Position numbers and translations under genes: made by a program
Assembly: GCA_050258375.1 (NCBI GenBank)
Contig: JBLMYQ010000029.1
Coordinates: 1,569 to 65,568 of the forward strand
From: Deltaproteobacteria bacterium
GTDB lineage: Bacteria > Bacillota > Clostridia > Acetivibrionales > UBA4821
Reading direction: 5' to 3'
DNA: 64,000 nt
Notes under the pieces: model-generated
What the model was told of the DNA's origin: nothing
The model's input: only the letters and a program-made list of their open reading frames with translations
Databases searched by the model: none
Part shown: in pieces, positions 42,326-52,608 of the stretch
Numbering within the stretch: the first letter of the stretch is position 1
Layout of the letters: each line of letters starts with the position of its first letter

Positions 42326-43840
42326 CTATGCCCTGAATCTTACGCTCTTATATTCTTCAATTGCCTTTTTAAGCAATTCTTCTGTTTCTGCGTTTAATTC
42401 TCCAGTTTTTACTATCGAATCATATATTTGTGAATATTTTTCACCTATAAATTCAATAAGTCCTTTATTGAATTTTATTACCTGTTTTGTATCAACATCC
42501 ATAAGATAGCCGTTTATACCTGAATATAGTACTACAACCTGATGTTGAACAGGCATTGTATCATATTGATCCTGTTTTAGCGTTTCAACAAGTCTTTGTC
42601 CCTGCATCAAGCTATCGCGTGTGATTTTATCAAGTTCTGAGCCGAATTGAGCAAATGCAGCAAGCTCTCTGTACTGTGCAAGTCCAAGCCTTAACTTACC
42701 GGTAACCTTCCTCATAGCTTTGATTTGAGCAGAACCTCCAACTCTGGAAACTGACAAACCAACATTAACAGCAGGTCTGATACCAGAATAAAACAATTCT
42801 GATTCAAGGTAAATCTGTCCATCTGTTATAGAGATAACATTTGTAGGTATATATGCCGAAACGTCACTTGCAAGTGTTTCAATAATAGGCAATGCTGTTA
42901 TTGAACCACCACCTAGCTCATCACTAAGTCTTACAGCTCTTTCAAGCAATCTTGAATGGAGATAGAAAACATCTCCAGGATAAGCTTCTCTTCCTGGTGG
43001 TCTTCTCAAAAGAAGTGACATAGCTCTGTATGCTTGTGCATGTTTTGAAAGGTCATCATATACTATTAATACATCTTTGCTCTGTGCATACAAGAACTCT
43101 TCTGCCATAGCACATCCAGCATAAGGTGCAATGTACTGAATTGTTGACATTTCACTGGCAGTTGAGGAAACAACTATTGTATATTCCATTGCGCCTTTTT
43201 GTTCAAGCAGGTTAACAATCGCAGCAACTGATGAAGCTTTTTGACCAATTGCAACGTAAATACAAATCATGTTTTGTCCTTTTTGATTAAGTATTGTATC
43301 AATTGCAACTGCAGTTTTACCTGTCTGCCTATCTCCAATAATAAGCTCTCTCTGTCCTCTTCCAATCGGTATCATGGAGTCTATAGCCATAATGCCTGTC
43401 TGCACTGGCTTGTTAACTGACTTTCTGTCTATAACACCCGGTGCAAGGAATTCTAGAGGTCTGAATTTATCTGTTTTTATTTCGCCTTTTCCATCAAGTG
43501 GTCTTCCAAGCGGATCAACAACTCTTCCAATAAGAGCATCTCCAGCCGGAACTTCAACTGTTCTTTTTGTTCTCTTAACTATTGTACCTTCCTTAATCTC
43601 TTCTTCTCCACCAAAGAGCACGCATCCGACGTTGTCTTCTTCGAGGTTAAGAGCCATACCGAATATTCCGTTTCCGAAATCAAGAAGCTCACCATATGTA
43701 GCACCTTCGAGCCCATATATTCTTGCAATTCCATCACCGGCTTGAAGGACATAACCTACATCTTCTTCTTTTGTCTTCATATCATAATTTTCTATTTGTT
43801 GTTTTAATATTGAACTAATTTCTTCAGGTCTTACTTTCAT
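42326..43840 (-). CDS. atpA: F1Fo ATP synthase alpha
   Basis: [29 protein letters not shown]. Confidence 0.99.
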   Translation of the reverse strand: MKVRPEEISSILKQQIENYDMKTKEEDVGYVLQAGDGIARIYGLEGATYGELLDFGNGIFGMALNLEEDNVGCVLFGGEEEIKEGTIVKRTKRTVEVPAGDALIGRVVDPLGRPLDGKGEIKTDKFRPLEFLAPGVIDRKSVNKPVQTGIMAIDSMIPIGRGQRELIIGDRQTGKTAVAIDTILNQKGQNMICIYVAIGQKASSVAAIVNLLEQKGAMEYTIVVSSTASEMSTIQYIAPYAGCAMAEEFLYAQSKDVLIVYDDLSKHAQAYRAMSLLLRRPPGREAYPGDVFYLHSRLLERAVRLSDELGGGSITALPIIETLASDVSAYIPTNVISITDGQIYLESELFYSGIRPAVNVGLSVSRVGGSAQIKAMRKVTGKLRLGLAQYRELAAFAQFGSELDKITRDSLMQGQRLVETLKQDQYDTMPVQHQVVVLYSGINGYLMDVDTKQVIKFNKGLIEFIGEKYSQIYDSIVKTGELNAETEELLKKAIEEYKSVRFRA

Positions 43841-43859
43841 TTTTACCCTCCTCTTGTTT

Positions 43860-43936
43860 TTGGCCATTGGCTATTGGCTTTTGGCTACTGGCTTTCTGTT
43901 TTAGCTAATAGCTAACAGCTAATAGCCAATAGCTAA
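43860..43936. repeat. Inverted heptamer-repeat element (atpH-atpA)
   Basis: ttggcca ttggcta ttggctt ttggcta ctggctt ... tagctaa tagctaa cagctaa tagccaa tagctaa (5+5 units). Confidence 0.92.
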
Positions 43937-43938
43937 TT

Positions 43939-44469
43939 TCAGCCCATTGCGCTTTGCATTCTATCAAGCTTGCCCTTAATACTTCCATCTATCATCTTGT
44001 CACCAATTTTTACAATGACTCCTCCAAATATAGATGGATCAATAACATTGTCTGCCTTTACATTTTCACTGCCATACTGAAGCCTTAGCTTTTCTCCAAG
44101 CTTATTAATCTGACTTTCAGATAATGGCTCTGTGGATATTATTTTTAAGTTAAGGCATTTCTTTATTTCATCAGCAAGCAATTTGTACTGTTCTATAATT
44201 CCGGAAAAGTTTTTCATTCTTCCTTTATCAATCAGGATTTTTAAGAAATTTACACTATCCTTATGAATATCATTTCCGAATATCTTTTCTATTGCTTCTT
44301 TCTTGCTATTGTCCTTTAAGCTTGGATTATTCAGAAACTTTCTAAGCTCTGGATTGTCTTTTATGGTGTTTTCAACAGCTTCCATATCAGCCTGAAATGT
44401 ATCAATCAACTTATGCTCTACACCAATTCTGATTAATGCTTCAGCATATCTTTTTTCTACAAGCGGCAT
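43939..44469 (-). CDS. atpH: F1Fo ATP synthase delta
   Basis: KRYAEAL, GGVIVKIGDKMIDGSI. Confidence 0.97.
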   Translation of the reverse strand: MPLVEKRYAEALIRIGVEHKLIDTFQADMEAVENTIKDNPELRKFLNNPSLKDNSKKEAIEKIFGNDIHKDSVNFLKILIDKGRMKNFSGIIEQYKLLADEIKKCLNLKIISTEPLSESQINKLGEKLRLQYGSENVKADNVIDPSIFGGVIVKIGDKMIDGSIKGKLDRMQSAMG

Positions 44470-44951
44470 TATGCAGCACCTACCTCATCAATGAAATCGT
44501 CAACAAGCTTCTTGTTGGTTTCGTTGTCCATATTCTTCGCTACAACTTTTGAAGCTGCAGCAAGTGCGATACCCGCAATCTGAGCCTTAAGTTCATTAAC
44601 CATGCTCTTTCTTTCTATTTCAATATCTTTTTGAGCTTTTTCAACAAGAGATTTTGCGTCTTCTTTTGCTTTATTAAGAATTTCGTCATACTGCTTTTCA
44701 GCTTTAGCTCTTGCTTCATTTACAATCTTTTCTGCTTCTTCTACAGCTTTGTCAAGCTGTTCCTTGAGCTCAGCCTTCATTACTTCGGCTTGCTCTTTAT
44801 TCGATTGAGCAGACTCAAACATTTCTTTTATAGAATTAGCCCTGTTTTCCATGAAATTGGTTACAGGCTTGAAAAGAATTTTTTTAAGTATCCAATATAA
44901 AAATAATATATTAATTATTACTAATATAAATGTAAAATCAAAATTGAGCAT
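44469..44951 (-). CDS. atpF: F1Fo ATP synthase b
   Basis: N-terminal TM plus long charged helix, operon position. Confidence 0.96.
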   Translation of the reverse strand: MLNFDFTFILVIINILFLYWILKKILFKPVTNFMENRANSIKEMFESAQSNKEQAEVMKAELKEQLDKAVEEAEKIVNEARAKAEKQYDEILNKAKEDAKSLVEKAQKDIEIERKSMVNELKAQIAGIALAAASKVVAKNMDNETNKKLVDDFIDEVGAA

Positions 44952-44976
44952 TTTTCTCCTCCCAATTGATGACGCA

Positions 44977-45057
44977 AGCTAAGACATAAGACCATCCGTT
45001 TTACATGAAATATGTACCCGCAACAGCCCTATGCCTATTGCCTATGTCTAGTTAGCC
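44977..45057. repeat. Degenerate heptamer/inverted element (atpE-atpF)
   Basis: agctaag acataag ... gcccta tgcctat tgccta tgtcta. Confidence 0.4.
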
Positions 45058-45081
45058 TGACTCAATCAGGCCCTGTTAAAA

Positions 45082-45303
45082 TTAAAGCTTTGTGAATATA
45101 AGTATTGCAACGATAAGACCATAAATTGCAGTTGCTTCTGCAAGAGCTATACCCAAAACGAAGTTTTTGGTTATCTTGCCATCTGCTTCCGGCTGTCTTG
45201 AAACAGCTTCAGCTGCCTTACCTGTAGCGATACCTATACCTATTCCTGCTCCTATACCTGTTAGAGCTGCGATACCTGCTGCTATTCCCATTAATCCATT
45301 CAT
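45082..45303 (-). CDS. atpE: F1Fo ATP synthase c (probably H+-type)
   Basis: GxGxGxG, RQPEA, LAEAT. Lacks the Q and E-S/T Na+ signature. Confidence 0.98.
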   Translation of the reverse strand: MNGLMGIAAGIAALTGIGAGIGIGIATGKAAEAVSRQPEADGKITKNFVLGIALAEATAIYGLIVAILIFTKL

Positions 45304-45321
45304 TGTATTTTCACCCCCTTT

Positions 45322-46218
45322 TTATTCTATAGCTTCTTCAATATAAAGCATTGATAAGAACGTAAATATAAATGCCTGTAATAAACCATCAAATATGTCA
45401 AAATAAAGACTAAATATAGGTGGAAGTAATAACCTTCTTGAAACTATTGTTATTAACTCCATCATTACAAATGCTCCGAAAACGTTACCGAATAAACGTA
45501 AGCAAAGAGAAAGCGGCTTAATTATGTACTCCATCAGTTTAAACGGAAGCATAATCGGAATTGGCTCAAACCAGCTTTTTATTGTACCACCAATACCTTT
45601 ATATTTAAGCTGGCTTCCAATAACAAGCAGTATTGTCATTAAAGCAAGTGCTGCTGGCAGATTTATATCCTTTGTTGGAGGTCTGAGTCCCGGAAACAAA
45701 AATCCCCCTATATGAAACTCTGGTATCCCAAGCATTCCAATTGTATTACAAAATGCAAGGAATATAATGATTGTACCGAAATATGGAGCAAAAGGCTTCC
45801 AATGATGACCTATCATTGACTTTGCCAAACTATTTATGCCTTCTACAAGCGCCTCTGCAAAATTCTGTACTTTACCGGGAAATTTTTCGAATTTTCTTGT
45901 GATAAGAATGGCTCCTATAATAATTATTGCAGTTAGAAACCACATTGTTAAAATAGATTCATTAAAGTTTATTGTAAATGGCTTCATATGATAGTTAAGA
46001 ATATCAAAGCCAGGCACTTCCACTTTAATACTTTCGTAGGTAATTTTCTGCATCTTTGCTGTTAGCTCTGAACCCAGACTTTCTTTTTCAGCACCATGCT
46101 CTACAGTCTTTCCTTCTTTTGATGCTGCATGCTCAGCAGTTGTTACTTCAACTTGAGCTTCAGCATTAGTATTTTGTACCGCAGTATCTTCTACTGCACT
46201 AGCTGCTTGATGACTCAT
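45322..46218 (-). CDS. atpB: F1Fo ATP synthase a with N-terminal extension
   Basis: PPTKD, SLCLRLFGN, LQAFIFTFLS. Confidence 0.97.
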   Translation of the reverse strand: MSHQAASAVEDTAVQNTNAEAQVEVTTAEHAASKEGKTVEHGAEKESLGSELTAKMQKITYESIKVEVPGFDILNYHMKPFTINFNESILTMWFLTAIIIIGAILITRKFEKFPGKVQNFAEALVEGINSLAKSMIGHHWKPFAPYFGTIIIFLAFCNTIGMLGIPEFHIGGFLFPGLRPPTKDINLPAALALMTILLVIGSQLKYKGIGGTIKSWFEPIPIMLPFKLMEYIIKPLSLCLRLFGNVFGAFVMMELITIVSRRLLLPPIFSLYFDIFDGLLQAFIFTFLSMLYIEEAIE

Positions 46219-46322
46219 TTCACATCTCCTTTCCTTTAATATTGTTTATTGCTTAAGCTTAATTTTATTACTTAAATTTTAAGTATATGTACAACGCAGT
46301 AATGCGCGGCATATCACGTTTT

Positions 46323-46718
46323 TTATTCGAAGTTATTGTTTGTAATACCAACAGCTTCAGTAAAAGCATTAATCATAATTGTCATGGTAACAATACTTAC
46401 TCCTATAAAAACAGCAAAAAAAACTTGCAATGATTTATCTGCAGAGACAAACAAAAGGATTACAGTAAGCAATTGAATGATAAAATATTTTACAATAACC
46501 AATCCGGAACGCCCCGAATCTGAAAACATAATTTTTACCATTTCTGTCAGCCCTCTCAGCCTGATAAGACTAACAGCATATCCGAGTGTCAGCGCAAATA
46601 AAATCCGAATATTAAAATTAAAAAGAAATAAGGATGTTAGTAAAGCTGCTATGTATAAGAACAAGGAATTTTTCATTAAAAGCTTTTCTGTACTACTGGT
46701 AAATTTCATTTTATACAC
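46323..46718 (-). CDS. atpI: ATP synthase protein I-like membrane protein
   Basis: Four TMs, first gene of the atp operon. Exact start uncertain. Confidence 0.65.
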   Translation of the reverse strand: MYKMKFTSSTEKLLMKNSLFLYIAALLTSLFLFNFNIRILFALTLGYAVSLIRLRGLTEMVKIMFSDSGRSGLVIVKYFIIQLLTVILLFVSADKSLQVFFAVFIGVSIVTMTIMINAFTEAVGITNNNFE

Positions 46719-46881
46719 TCTATTTCATATTTAATCCGGCTAGAATTACAAAATCACATAATTTACATAATGCCAGACATAAGCAAACATATTTTACAAT
46801 AAAATTTTAAAAAATTGAAGTAATTAGCAAAAAATTAATACAGATTTAATAAATTTAATAATATTTTTTTTTATTTTGTGT

Positions 46882-46908
46882 TAATATTTATATATCGCCA
46901 TCCGATAA
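46882..46908 (+). promoter_or_regulatory. Putative SigD promoter of motAB
   Basis: TAAT-N15-TCCGATAA. Confidence 0.55.
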
Positions 46909-47034
46909 ACATAATGAAATTCTATATTCCTTTTCGAATATTGTCAAAAAAGCTTTTTCCACTTTTGTTAAGTTTCGTTCCTAAATAGTATATTGAATTA
47001 CAAGCGATAAATTATTAATCTAGGAGTTGAGTGC

Positions 47035-47838
47035 ATGGATTTTTCAACCATTATAGGTCTTGTTATAGGATTTGGCATGATACTTGCCGCTTTTGTAATG
47101 GAAGGCGGAAATGTAGCTGGTCTCCTTCAGATTACTGCAGCAATGATAGTTTTTGGTGGAACCATAGGTGCGGTAATGATATCTTTTCCTTTAGATAACA
47201 TCAAAAGAGCTTTAAAAATTGCTAAAATTATTTTTGTTCAAAAAGACTACAACGAGATTGATATTATAAATCAATTAGCTGATTTGTCTGAAAAAGCAAG
47301 AAAAGATGGTCTTTTGAGTTTAGAGCAAGACACCCAGTCAAATCCTAATCCTTTAATTAGAAAAGGTCTGAGCCTTGTTGTCGATGGTATAGAAACTGAA
47401 GTTATTAAGGATATTTTAGTTAGAGAAACTTATCTTCATGAGCATGAATTTCACTCCAGTGCAACAATATTTGAAGCAGCCGGAGGATATTCGCCTACAA
47501 TGGGTATCGTAGGAACTGTTATGGGTCTGATAAGTGTTTTAAGTAATCTTTCAAATCCAAATGAACTTGGTGCTAAAATAGCTCTTGCTTTTATAGCAAC
47601 ACTTTTCGGAGTTGGTTTCGCCAATCTTGCCTGGCTTCCTTTTGCTACGAAAATAAAGGTTAAAGGAAAAAAAGAAAAAATGATTAACGACCTGATAATC
47701 GAAGGACTTCTTTCAATACAAGCAGGAGAAAATCCTAGAATAATAAAAGAAAAACTAAACCTCTCATTGCTTGAACAAATGAGCGGAAAGAAACCGTCTG
47801 AGGTCAAAGAAGATGAAGGCGTACGTGCAGAGGGGTGA
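47035..47838 (+). CDS. motA: Flagellar stator MotA
   Basis: ARKDGLLSLE, GGYSPTMGIVGTVMGL, AFIATLFG, GENPR. Confidence 0.95.
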   Translation: MDFSTIIGLVIGFGMILAAFVMEGGNVAGLLQITAAMIVFGGTIGAVMISFPLDNIKRALKIAKIIFVQKDYNEIDIINQLADLSEKARKDGLLSLEQDTQSNPNPLIRKGLSLVVDGIETEVIKDILVRETYLHEHEFHSSATIFEAAGGYSPTMGIVGTVMGLISVLSNLSNPNELGAKIALAFIATLFGVGFANLAWLPFATKIKVKGKKEKMINDLIIEGLLSIQAGENPRIIKEKLNLSLLEQMSGKKPSEVKEDEGVRAEG

Positions 47839-47845
47839 TTTATAA

Positions 47846-48670
47846 ATGGCGAACATGCCTCAGCCAGAACCGGAAAAAGAGAATTCCGAGCGATGGTTAC
47901 TTACATATTCTGATCTTATTACTCTTCTTCTTACATTTTTTATAATACTCTATTCAATCAGCCAACAGGATGCTGCAAAATTCCAACAGGTTGCAGAATC
48001 TCTTAATGGTGCCTTAACAGGCTCAAAGGAAATAGTCGGCGAAAGCCCCGGCATTTCACAAATACAAGGGAAGAGTGGATTTCATCTTGAAGTCAACAAT
48101 GAAGAAAAAGAAAAAGCTGAGCAGAATAAATTAAAGGAAATTAAGAAGAAAGTTGAAGCACTTGCTAAAAAGGAAGGCTTGCAATCTTCAATTTCTGTCA
48201 CATTGGAAGAAAGAGGAGTAGCAATCAGAATAGTTGATAGAGTTCTTTTTAATAGCGGCTATGCAGATTTAACTCCCCAGGCAGATAATATTTTAAGAAG
48301 CATAGGCAAAATCTTATATACAAGTCAAGGACAGTATATAAGGATAGAAGGTCATACCGATAATGTACCTATTTCGGGAAAGTTTGCTTCCAACTGGGAA
48401 TTATCTTCTTCCAGAGCAACAAACGTTCTTAGACTTTTTATTGATAAAGCCGGGATAAATCCTAGAATACTATCTGCGGTTGGATATGGTGAATATCGTC
48501 CTCTTGCAAGCAATAGTAATGAAGAAGGCCGGACAAAAAACCGAAGGGTCGAAATAGTAATACTAAATACCAAATTCAGTCAATCTGAATCGCAGTCAAT
48601 TGAAAGCAAAAAATCTCCACAAACCCAAACAGAAAAAAATGGCAAATCACAAATACGTTCCGCACAATAA
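47846..48670 (+). CDS. motB: Flagellar stator MotB
   Basis: WLLTYSDLITLLL, OmpA-like GHTD, NWELSSSRA, NRRVEI. Confidence 0.95.
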   Translation: MANMPQPEPEKENSERWLLTYSDLITLLLTFFIILYSISQQDAAKFQQVAESLNGALTGSKEIVGESPGISQIQGKSGFHLEVNNEEKEKAEQNKLKEIKKKVEALAKKEGLQSSISVTLEERGVAIRIVDRVLFNSGYADLTPQADNILRSIGKILYTSQGQYIRIEGHTDNVPISGKFASNWELSSSRATNVLRLFIDKAGINPRILSAVGYGEYRPLASNSNEEGRTKNRRVEIVILNTKFSQSESQSIESKKSPQTQTEKNGKSQIRSAQ

Positions 48671-48694
48671 AAAACTACCACAAGGTAGTTTTTT
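48669..48694. terminator. Bidirectional terminator
   Basis: aaaaactacc-acaa-ggtagttttt. Confidence 0.7.
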
Positions 48695-49517
48695 AGCTCT
48701 GGTCTACATGCAAAGTCTTTGCAGTAACATTAATATATATTATGTTTAAAGCCGTAAGCCTTTCCATTTCCTCACAAACTTTCTCCTGAATTGCATTTAA
48801 TACATCCGGTATATAGCATCCATATTCTATTGAGACTTCTATATCTATAATTGCCCCCGCAGGCATATTTGTAACTCTTGACCTTACAGTTTTATATACA
48901 CCTTCTACATGAGTAATTATATAGTCAACCATATTATTAATTACATTATCAGAAATTATATATTTGCCCAGGTAACTGAATGTAGGTCTTACAACTGATT
49001 TATCCGCAATAAAAGGTAATTCATTATTATTATTTTTCGGCTTAAAGAATTTTAATGGGTCGAGAAAATACCCTGAAAAATTATTTTTTATTTCAAATGT
49101 AGGGACAGGAATAACATGCTTTCCTTCATCTTTTCTTATTGAAAGTGCCATGTTAATTTCCTCTTCGGTTGCAACATCTTGTATTCTTATAATATCTGAA
49201 ATTTCAGGCAGCTCAAGTGCCGCTGCAATTTTGGAAACCATTTCATCTGATGTGCCAAGAATAATTATTGACTCAGGGTCGTAGATTTTTATTGCCTCTC
49301 TTACCTCTCTGGCATGACTATAATCAGTAAATAAAGCTCGCTTTATTGAAGCAATCTTTGTATCTTCTTTTTTTGCCGAAGAGCCTGCAATAACTTTGTT
49401 TCCTTTTATAAGAAGTCCATCATCAATTATGCATTCTATACCATGTTCTTTTGCCACCCATTGAACTCGGTGACTTTTGCCTGTCCCGCTAGGACCAACA
49501 AAAGCATAAACTTTCAC
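48693..49517 (-). CDS. P-loop NTPase-like domain fused to an Asp23/Gls24-like domain
   Basis: N-terminal GPSGTGKS, IIDDGLLI. C-terminal IEYG..IP....IQEKV...E.LT.L....INV. Confidence 0.7.
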   Translation of the reverse strand: MKVYAFVGPSGTGKSHRVQWVAKEHGIECIIDDGLLIKGNKVIAGSSAKKEDTKIASIKRALFTDYSHAREVREAIKIYDPESIIILGTSDEMVSKIAAALELPEISDIIRIQDVATEEEINMALSIRKDEGKHVIPVPTFEIKNNFSGYFLDPLKFFKPKNNNNELPFIADKSVVRPTFSYLGKYIISDNVINNMVDYIITHVEGVYKTVRSRVTNMPAGAIIDIEVSIEYGCYIPDVLNAIQEKVCEEMERLTALNIIYINVTAKTLHVDQS

Positions 49518-49742
49518 GTTAACCCCTCCTGCAAATAATTTACCAAATCGAAAAACGGAAAGTATTGTGAATATTTGATAATTTTAGTATACTAAATATT
49601 ATGAACTTATTTTCCCATATACTGAATTAAATTATAAAACCATCTGTCAAATATCTATATTAATAGATAATTGTTTCATATGCAAGTAATTAATTATTCT
49701 TTTAGCTATGAAAAATATGATATTAAAAGGGGAGGCAGGTCA

Positions 49743-50381
49743 ATGGAAAAACTCGATTTAAATAAAATAATATCTGCAGGCGCCTTAATCAGAACAAAAT
49801 TTGATAAAACAGAATGGATTTCTAACGTAATTTATAAAATTTTTAATGATATTATTCAAATTGAACTTACACAAGATTATATAAATAAGCTAATAATGCA
49901 AGGAAATCAAGTAAAGTGCAAAGTTACAACATCAGAGACCGAATACGTTATAGATGGCATTGTAGAAAATATTGAAATTGATGACTCCAGAATAATATCA
50001 ATTAAAGTTTTAAATATTAACAGATTTGAAAATGCAAGACAAAACAATAGATATGATGCTTATATTATCTCTAAAATAACTGTTAACAGAGAAACAGCCA
50101 TATTTTCAATAGTAACCAGCCTTAGCAATTCCGGTATATCCGTACTTTCAAAGTCAGAGCTTGAACTAAATTCTGATGCATTTGTAGAACTCTTTATAGA
50201 TAGCGGAAATACAATTAGATTTTATGGAAATATTATAAGAAAGTTATTGACTGAAAACGGATATGAATATGGCATAAAATTTAAACAGCTTGACCAGGAA
50301 AATCAGGATATGCTTGTAAATGTTATTAGCGAGTTCAAATCCAAAGAAGAAGGACTTCTAAAGAAATTTCTTGGACAATAA
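49743..50381 (+). CDS. PilZ-domain protein (YcgR/MotI-like architecture)
   Basis: RQNNR (RxxxR), SLSNSG (degenerate D/NxSxxG), YGIKF. ATG after GGGGAGG. Confidence 0.75.
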   Translation: MEKLDLNKIISAGALIRTKFDKTEWISNVIYKIFNDIIQIELTQDYINKLIMQGNQVKCKVTTSETEYVIDGIVENIEIDDSRIISIKVLNINRFENARQNNRYDAYIISKITVNRETAIFSIVTSLSNSGISVLSKSELELNSDAFVELFIDSGNTIRFYGNIIRKLLTENGYEYGIKFKQLDQENQDMLVNVISEFKSKEEGLLKKFLGQ

Positions 50382-50390
50382 TAGCTTCGT

Positions 50391-50426
50391 AAAAAGAAAC
50401 CATTAAAAAAATGGTTCTTTTTTTTT
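50391..50426 (+). terminator. Intrinsic terminator
   Basis: aaccatt/aatggtt stem followed by a T-run. Confidence 0.6.
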
Positions 50427-50507
50427 AGAAAATTATTCTCAGTATAATCGTTTTTTATCTGCATACCCTACTAATATATCTTAATAAAAATTTTGGAGGT
50501 GTTTAGA

Positions 50508-50717
50508 ATGGGAGTTGTAAAAGTTCTTAATCTTGTAGCAGATTCAAAAGAAAGTTGGCAGGATGCAGTAGAAAAAGCAGTTTCAGAAGCCTCAAGAACA
50601 GTTGAAAACATCACAGGAGTTGAAGTAATGAATACAACCGGTACTGTAAAAGATGGTAGAATTGTAGAGTATAAAGCAAATGTAAATGTAGCTTTTTATG
50701 TTGATCCAAACAAATAA
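50508..50717 (+). CDS. Dodecin-family protein
   Basis: VVKVLNLVADSKESWQDAVEKAVSEASRT...DGRIVEYKANV. Confidence 0.85.
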   Translation: MGVVKVLNLVADSKESWQDAVEKAVSEASRTVENITGVEVMNTTGTVKDGRIVEYKANVNVAFYVDPNK

Positions 50718-50730
50718 AGGGGAGGCAGAT

Positions 50731-51174
50731 ATGAATTCGCCCTTTACCAAAAAAGAATATCAAGATTATGTCAAAAAGAAATCGCCTAATACTTCATTGT
50801 TAAAGAACATTGTTTGGGCGTTTGTTGTCGGGGGAATTATTTGCACAATAGGTGAAATATTCAGAAATCTATATGAATTAAATGGTTTTAATAATGATAC
50901 AGTATCAAATCTTACATCAATTACAATGATATTTATAGGCTCTTTTTTGACTGGGATAAATATTTACGATGAAATAGGTAAACGTGCCGGTGCCGGCTCA
51001 ATAGTTCCTATAACAGGCTTTGCCAACTCTATTGTATCTCCCGCAATGGAATATAAAAGCGAGGGATATATAACAGGAGTTGGTGCAAAGATGTTTGTAA
51101 TAGCAGGACCTGTTCTTGTATTTGGAATAGCCTCTTCAGTAGTAATAGGAATATTATTTTATATTTTCAAATGA
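50731..51174 (+). CDS. spoVAC: Stage V sporulation protein AC
   Basis: AFVVGGIIC.IG, AGAGSIVPITGFANS, GAKMFVIAGPV. Confidence 0.97.
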   Translation: MNSPFTKKEYQDYVKKKSPNTSLLKNIVWAFVVGGIICTIGEIFRNLYELNGFNNDTVSNLTSITMIFIGSFLTGINIYDEIGKRAGAGSIVPITGFANSIVSPAMEYKSEGYITGVGAKMFVIAGPVLVFGIASSVVIGILFYIFK

Positions 51175-51194
51175 TTTTTTAAGGCAGTGGGTGA

Positions 51195-52214
51195 ATGATG
51201 ATAAGTAAAAAAATTTCAAAAAACACTGTGAAATTTCATAATCCGCCTTCAATAATTCAAACTGCAAGTATTGTAGGTCCTAGAGAGGGGGATGGTCCTC
51301 TCTCTAGATATTTTGATGAGATTATTAGTGATGAACTATGGAATGAGAAAACATGGGAAAAAGCTGAAAGTAAAATTCTTAGAGAATGTATAAACAATTT
51401 GGTAAAAAAATCAAATAAACCCAATAGCTTTATCGATTATATACTTGCAGGAGATTTATTAAATCAATGCCTCTCTTCTAATTATGCCGTTAGAGATATT
51501 GAAATACCCTACTTCGGATTATATGGAGCATGCTCTACTATGGCAGAATCTTTATCTCTAGCTGGAATGATAATTGATGGAGGCTTTGCAGATAATGTAA
51601 TCTGTGCTGCTTCAAGCCATTTTTGTTCAGCAGAAAAGCAATTCCGCTTTCCACTTGAATTGGGGACCCAGAGACCTTTAACCTCACAATGGACTGTTAC
51701 CGGCGCTGGAGCAACACTTCTAAGTTCAACGGGTAACGGTCCATATCTTACTCATATAACAACAGGCAAGGTTATTGATATGGGTATAAATGATTCTAAC
51801 AATATGGGTGCAGCAATGGCGCCTGCAGCTGCAGATACAATATACGAACACTTCAACAATACAGGTATATATCCAGATGATTATGATTTTATAATAACCG
51901 GAGATCTTGGATATATTGGCTTGGAAATAACCTCAGATATCTTGGCAAGAATGGGGTTAAACATAACTGATAAGCTTCTTGACTGTGGTGTGATGATTTT
52001 TGATAGAAAAAGACAGGATGTCCATGCCGGAGGAAGTGGATGTGGTTGCTCTGCCACCGTATTCAACGGTTATATATATAAAGAGCTATTAGCTGGAAAC
52101 TTTAAAAATATTCTTTTAGTTGCTACAGGGGCATTAATGAACCCTACAAGTATACAACAGGGCGAAACAATCCCCGCTATCGCTCATGCTGTTGCTATTA
52201 GGTGTACTAAATAA
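51195..52214 (+). CDS. spoVAD: Stage V sporulation protein AD
   Basis: WEKAES, AGDLLNQC, GLYGACST, HAGGSGCGCS. Confidence 0.97.
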   Translation: MMISKKISKNTVKFHNPPSIIQTASIVGPREGDGPLSRYFDEIISDELWNEKTWEKAESKILRECINNLVKKSNKPNSFIDYILAGDLLNQCLSSNYAVRDIEIPYFGLYGACSTMAESLSLAGMIIDGGFADNVICAASSHFCSAEKQFRFPLELGTQRPLTSQWTVTGAGATLLSSTGNGPYLTHITTGKVIDMGINDSNNMGAAMAPAAADTIYEHFNNTGIYPDDYDFIITGDLGYIGLEITSDILARMGLNITDKLLDCGVMIFDRKRQDVHAGGSGCGCSATVFNGYIYKELLAGNFKNILLVATGALMNPTSIQQGETIPAIAHAVAIRCTK

Positions 52215-52237
52215 AACTTTCGGTCAGGGGGTGAATT

Positions 52238-52594
52238 ATGGATTATCTAAGGGCATTTATATTAGGTGGAACTATTTGCGCAATAGGGCAATTACTGATT
52301 GATAAGACTAGGCTAACTCCAGCGAGAATACTTGTAATTTTTGTAACAATAGGCGCAGTATTAACAGGCTTAGGCTTATATGATCATCTTGTTACACTGG
52401 GAGGTGCAGGAGCGACCGTTCCTTTGACAGGCTTTGGTTATGTTCTTACAAAAGGAGCAATCAAAGATGTTAATTCAATTGGTCTTTTAGGTGCACTTAC
52501 AGGTGGAGTTAAAGCTGCCGCAGCAGGAATAACCGCCGCCTTGTTTTTCGGATATATTATATCCATAGTAGCAAAACCCAAGCCAAAAAGCTGA
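52238..52594 (+). CDS. spoVAE: Stage V sporulation protein AE (SpoVAEb, membrane)
   Basis: AFILGG.IC.IGQ, LTPARILV, GAGATVPLTGFG. Confidence 0.93.
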   Translation: MDYLRAFILGGTICAIGQLLIDKTRLTPARILVIFVTIGAVLTGLGLYDHLVTLGGAGATVPLTGFGYVLTKGAIKDVNSIGLLGALTGGVKAAAAGITAALFFGYIISIVAKPKPKS

Positions 52595-52608
52595 AAGGAG
52601 CACTCTAA

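Noticed and set aside
45082..45303. Na+-translocating ATP synthase
   Set aside because: The c subunit lacks the Gln in helix 1 and has Ala after the essential Glu.
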